Origin: Strigamia acuminata
Taxonomy: Eukaryota
DNA: 64,000 nt
Direction: 5' to 3'
NCBI GenBank assembly: GCA_949358305.1
Contig: OX442314.1
Location: 15,066,001 to 15,130,000, forward strand
The translations under genes and the position numbers were made by a program. A model generated the notes under the pieces. That model saw only the letters and a program-made list of their open reading frames with translations. It was not told the DNA's origin and ran no database searches. This document shows positions 62,101 through 64,000 of this stretch, in pieces (the stretch's first letter is position 1; every line of letters begins with the position of its first letter).

Positions 62101-64000
62101 CCATCCATAACAAAAATTAAAAAAAAAAACTACACATTCCACGTTATTAAAAACAAAACAAAAAATATAAAACAAGTGACATGCAAACTAATCCAAATCA
62201 CTTTTAATTGCGTCGTTGTTTTGCTTCGGCACATACAACATTATCAAAATAAAACACTACACCCAATTTTGACAACCATTTGATAAATCTCTCTAAATTT
62301 TAATTATTATAAAACACCAAAACCAAAAAAATAAACCTAAGATTGCAAAGATAAGAATAGATAAAAGTAGAAACGTACACGATCAATTAGTCAATGCCAG
62401 AGTCTATCGCGAAAACACAAAACACCAATCAAGACTTAAACGCAGCTGCAAAAAAATAAAAAAAATAGTTAAAAATAAAAACAAGCCATCCCTCGATACC
62501 TATGATGCTGCAATGCAAAATGATGGATCTTTTCGCTAGACTTCATCAACACCTGTCTATGCAGGTGTTTAAACCAAGCACAATCTTGCAGCGCCAAATC
62601 ACAACAACCTTGAAGACTTTGGTTGGCAGAAGGTAGAGAAAGTAATTTGTATCTTTCATCATTTCAGACATGACATCCGTCATCAACCAAGATAATCAAA
62701 AAGCAGAGAAAAATACATCGCTAACTAATGACTACCACTCAACACACTCTAAAGTAAAGCTGCTTTTCGTGTCCGTCACCCGGACAAGACTTCTCAACCT
62801 TAATACCGGTGAGAAATGAAAACTGCAATCAAAACAACACTTAAACTCGACAAAAACTCAAGAACAAAAAAAAATATATTATCCATTCCTCGAGCCCTTT
62901 CCTTGCGGTCCAAGTCAAGAAAAAGCCCTTTTTAAATTTACGACCACAGCAAAAGATCAAGACGTCATCTACTACGGGGATCAAGTTGAAATACGACCTA
63001 ATGAACTTGCAAAAGGAGGGAAAAAAGACAACACGAATCACTATGCCGACATAAGGATAGGTCTTAAATCACCGAGGCTAATGGTTTCGATATTTGTCGG
63101 CAACAGATAACATCACGTAAAGGTTGAAAGGGAGGGAAGACATATTGATAAATGGCCAGTGATGCAGACTGACCAATTCATCCCCCTTGCCTATGCAAAC
63201 CCAGGTGCTAATAAAAGTCTTCTCTTTTTTTTTTTAAAAAAAAAAACCAAAAAAGAAAAAACCAAAAAAGTTGCAGCATAAAAAAATAGTATGCTAATCG
63301 CGTAACCCCGTGCCCCATCACGAATATAAGGGGAAAGAATCTTCCAGCGTCTTCTCCACCCGCATTTCACTTCACCAACCCACGTTCTCACACACGAAGA
63401 ATGCAAACTTTCACACACAAACGTGGAGTCAAACTTTGAATTAATTCTTCCAACAAATAAATAGATAAATCCAATACAACATTTCAAAACATCTCTTCTG
63501 ATTCCTCATCCTTAACTCAATGCAGAAGCCACTCCATTCGCAAAAAATCAAGTGTACACAAAGGATTGAGTGGCTCGATCAAACCGTGAAGATTCTTGAT
63601 GCAACGAGGTTAGTCCCCGGAATCGCCTGTTGCAGTTTGCTTGTTATGCTGAAGAGAAATGCGCGCGTCCAAGATGGTGTTGGGGCGCCATGCATAATTT
63701 ATTGGCGGCTTTCCTTGCCTATTTGCATTCTGCGATCCCTAGCTTTAGAAACGAGAGCCAATTCTGCACTCAACTCAACATCCCACATCATTTTTCCCCT
63801 TTTCTAAACCCCTTTCACAAACAAACAACATGTGCACTCGGCAACCGACTTACTAATTACCCATATGGAAAAATACTATTCTAATCTTTTTTATTATCAT
63901 TGCTATTATTTTTTTTATATTTTTCTCCTATCGCCGCATTTGCAGAAAAAATAATTTTTTCCTCGCCCTATTTTTTCTCGCTCCATTCATCCAAGCCATT

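Noticed and set aside
36600..64000. Numerous 60-180 aa ORFs in the track
   Set aside because: Low-complexity translations from A/T runs and GA repeats; no domains, no transposase or reverse-transcriptase motifs seen.

Overview
AT-rich, intron-containing animal genomic DNA. The Trachealess N-terminus and the many 55-110 nt introns suggest an arthropod; the species cannot be determined. The left third is gene-dense: NRDE2 (+), a ~540 bp MITE-like fold-back element, two tandem secreted GH16 beta-1,3-glucanases of compact bacterial type (+), a MADF-BESS gene (-), RPS29 (+, missed by the ORF track), a 27-exon EPRS with four WHEP repeats (-), and a MYND-type HIF prolyl hydroxylase EGLN/PHD (+) head-to-head with EPRS. 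The rest holds trachealess/NPAS3 (-), tail-to-tail with EGLN, followed by a long stretch with no other recognisable gene. That stretch looks like trh intron or regulatory DNA: it contains a distal in-frame 63-nt exon and candidate recursive (AG|GT) splice sites, one inside a perfect hairpin. Top leads: the EGLN-trh pairing that mirrors human NPAS3-EGLN3, possible recursive splicing of a long trh isoform, and the putatively horizontally acquired GH16 pair. All gene models were spliced by eye; no searches were run.
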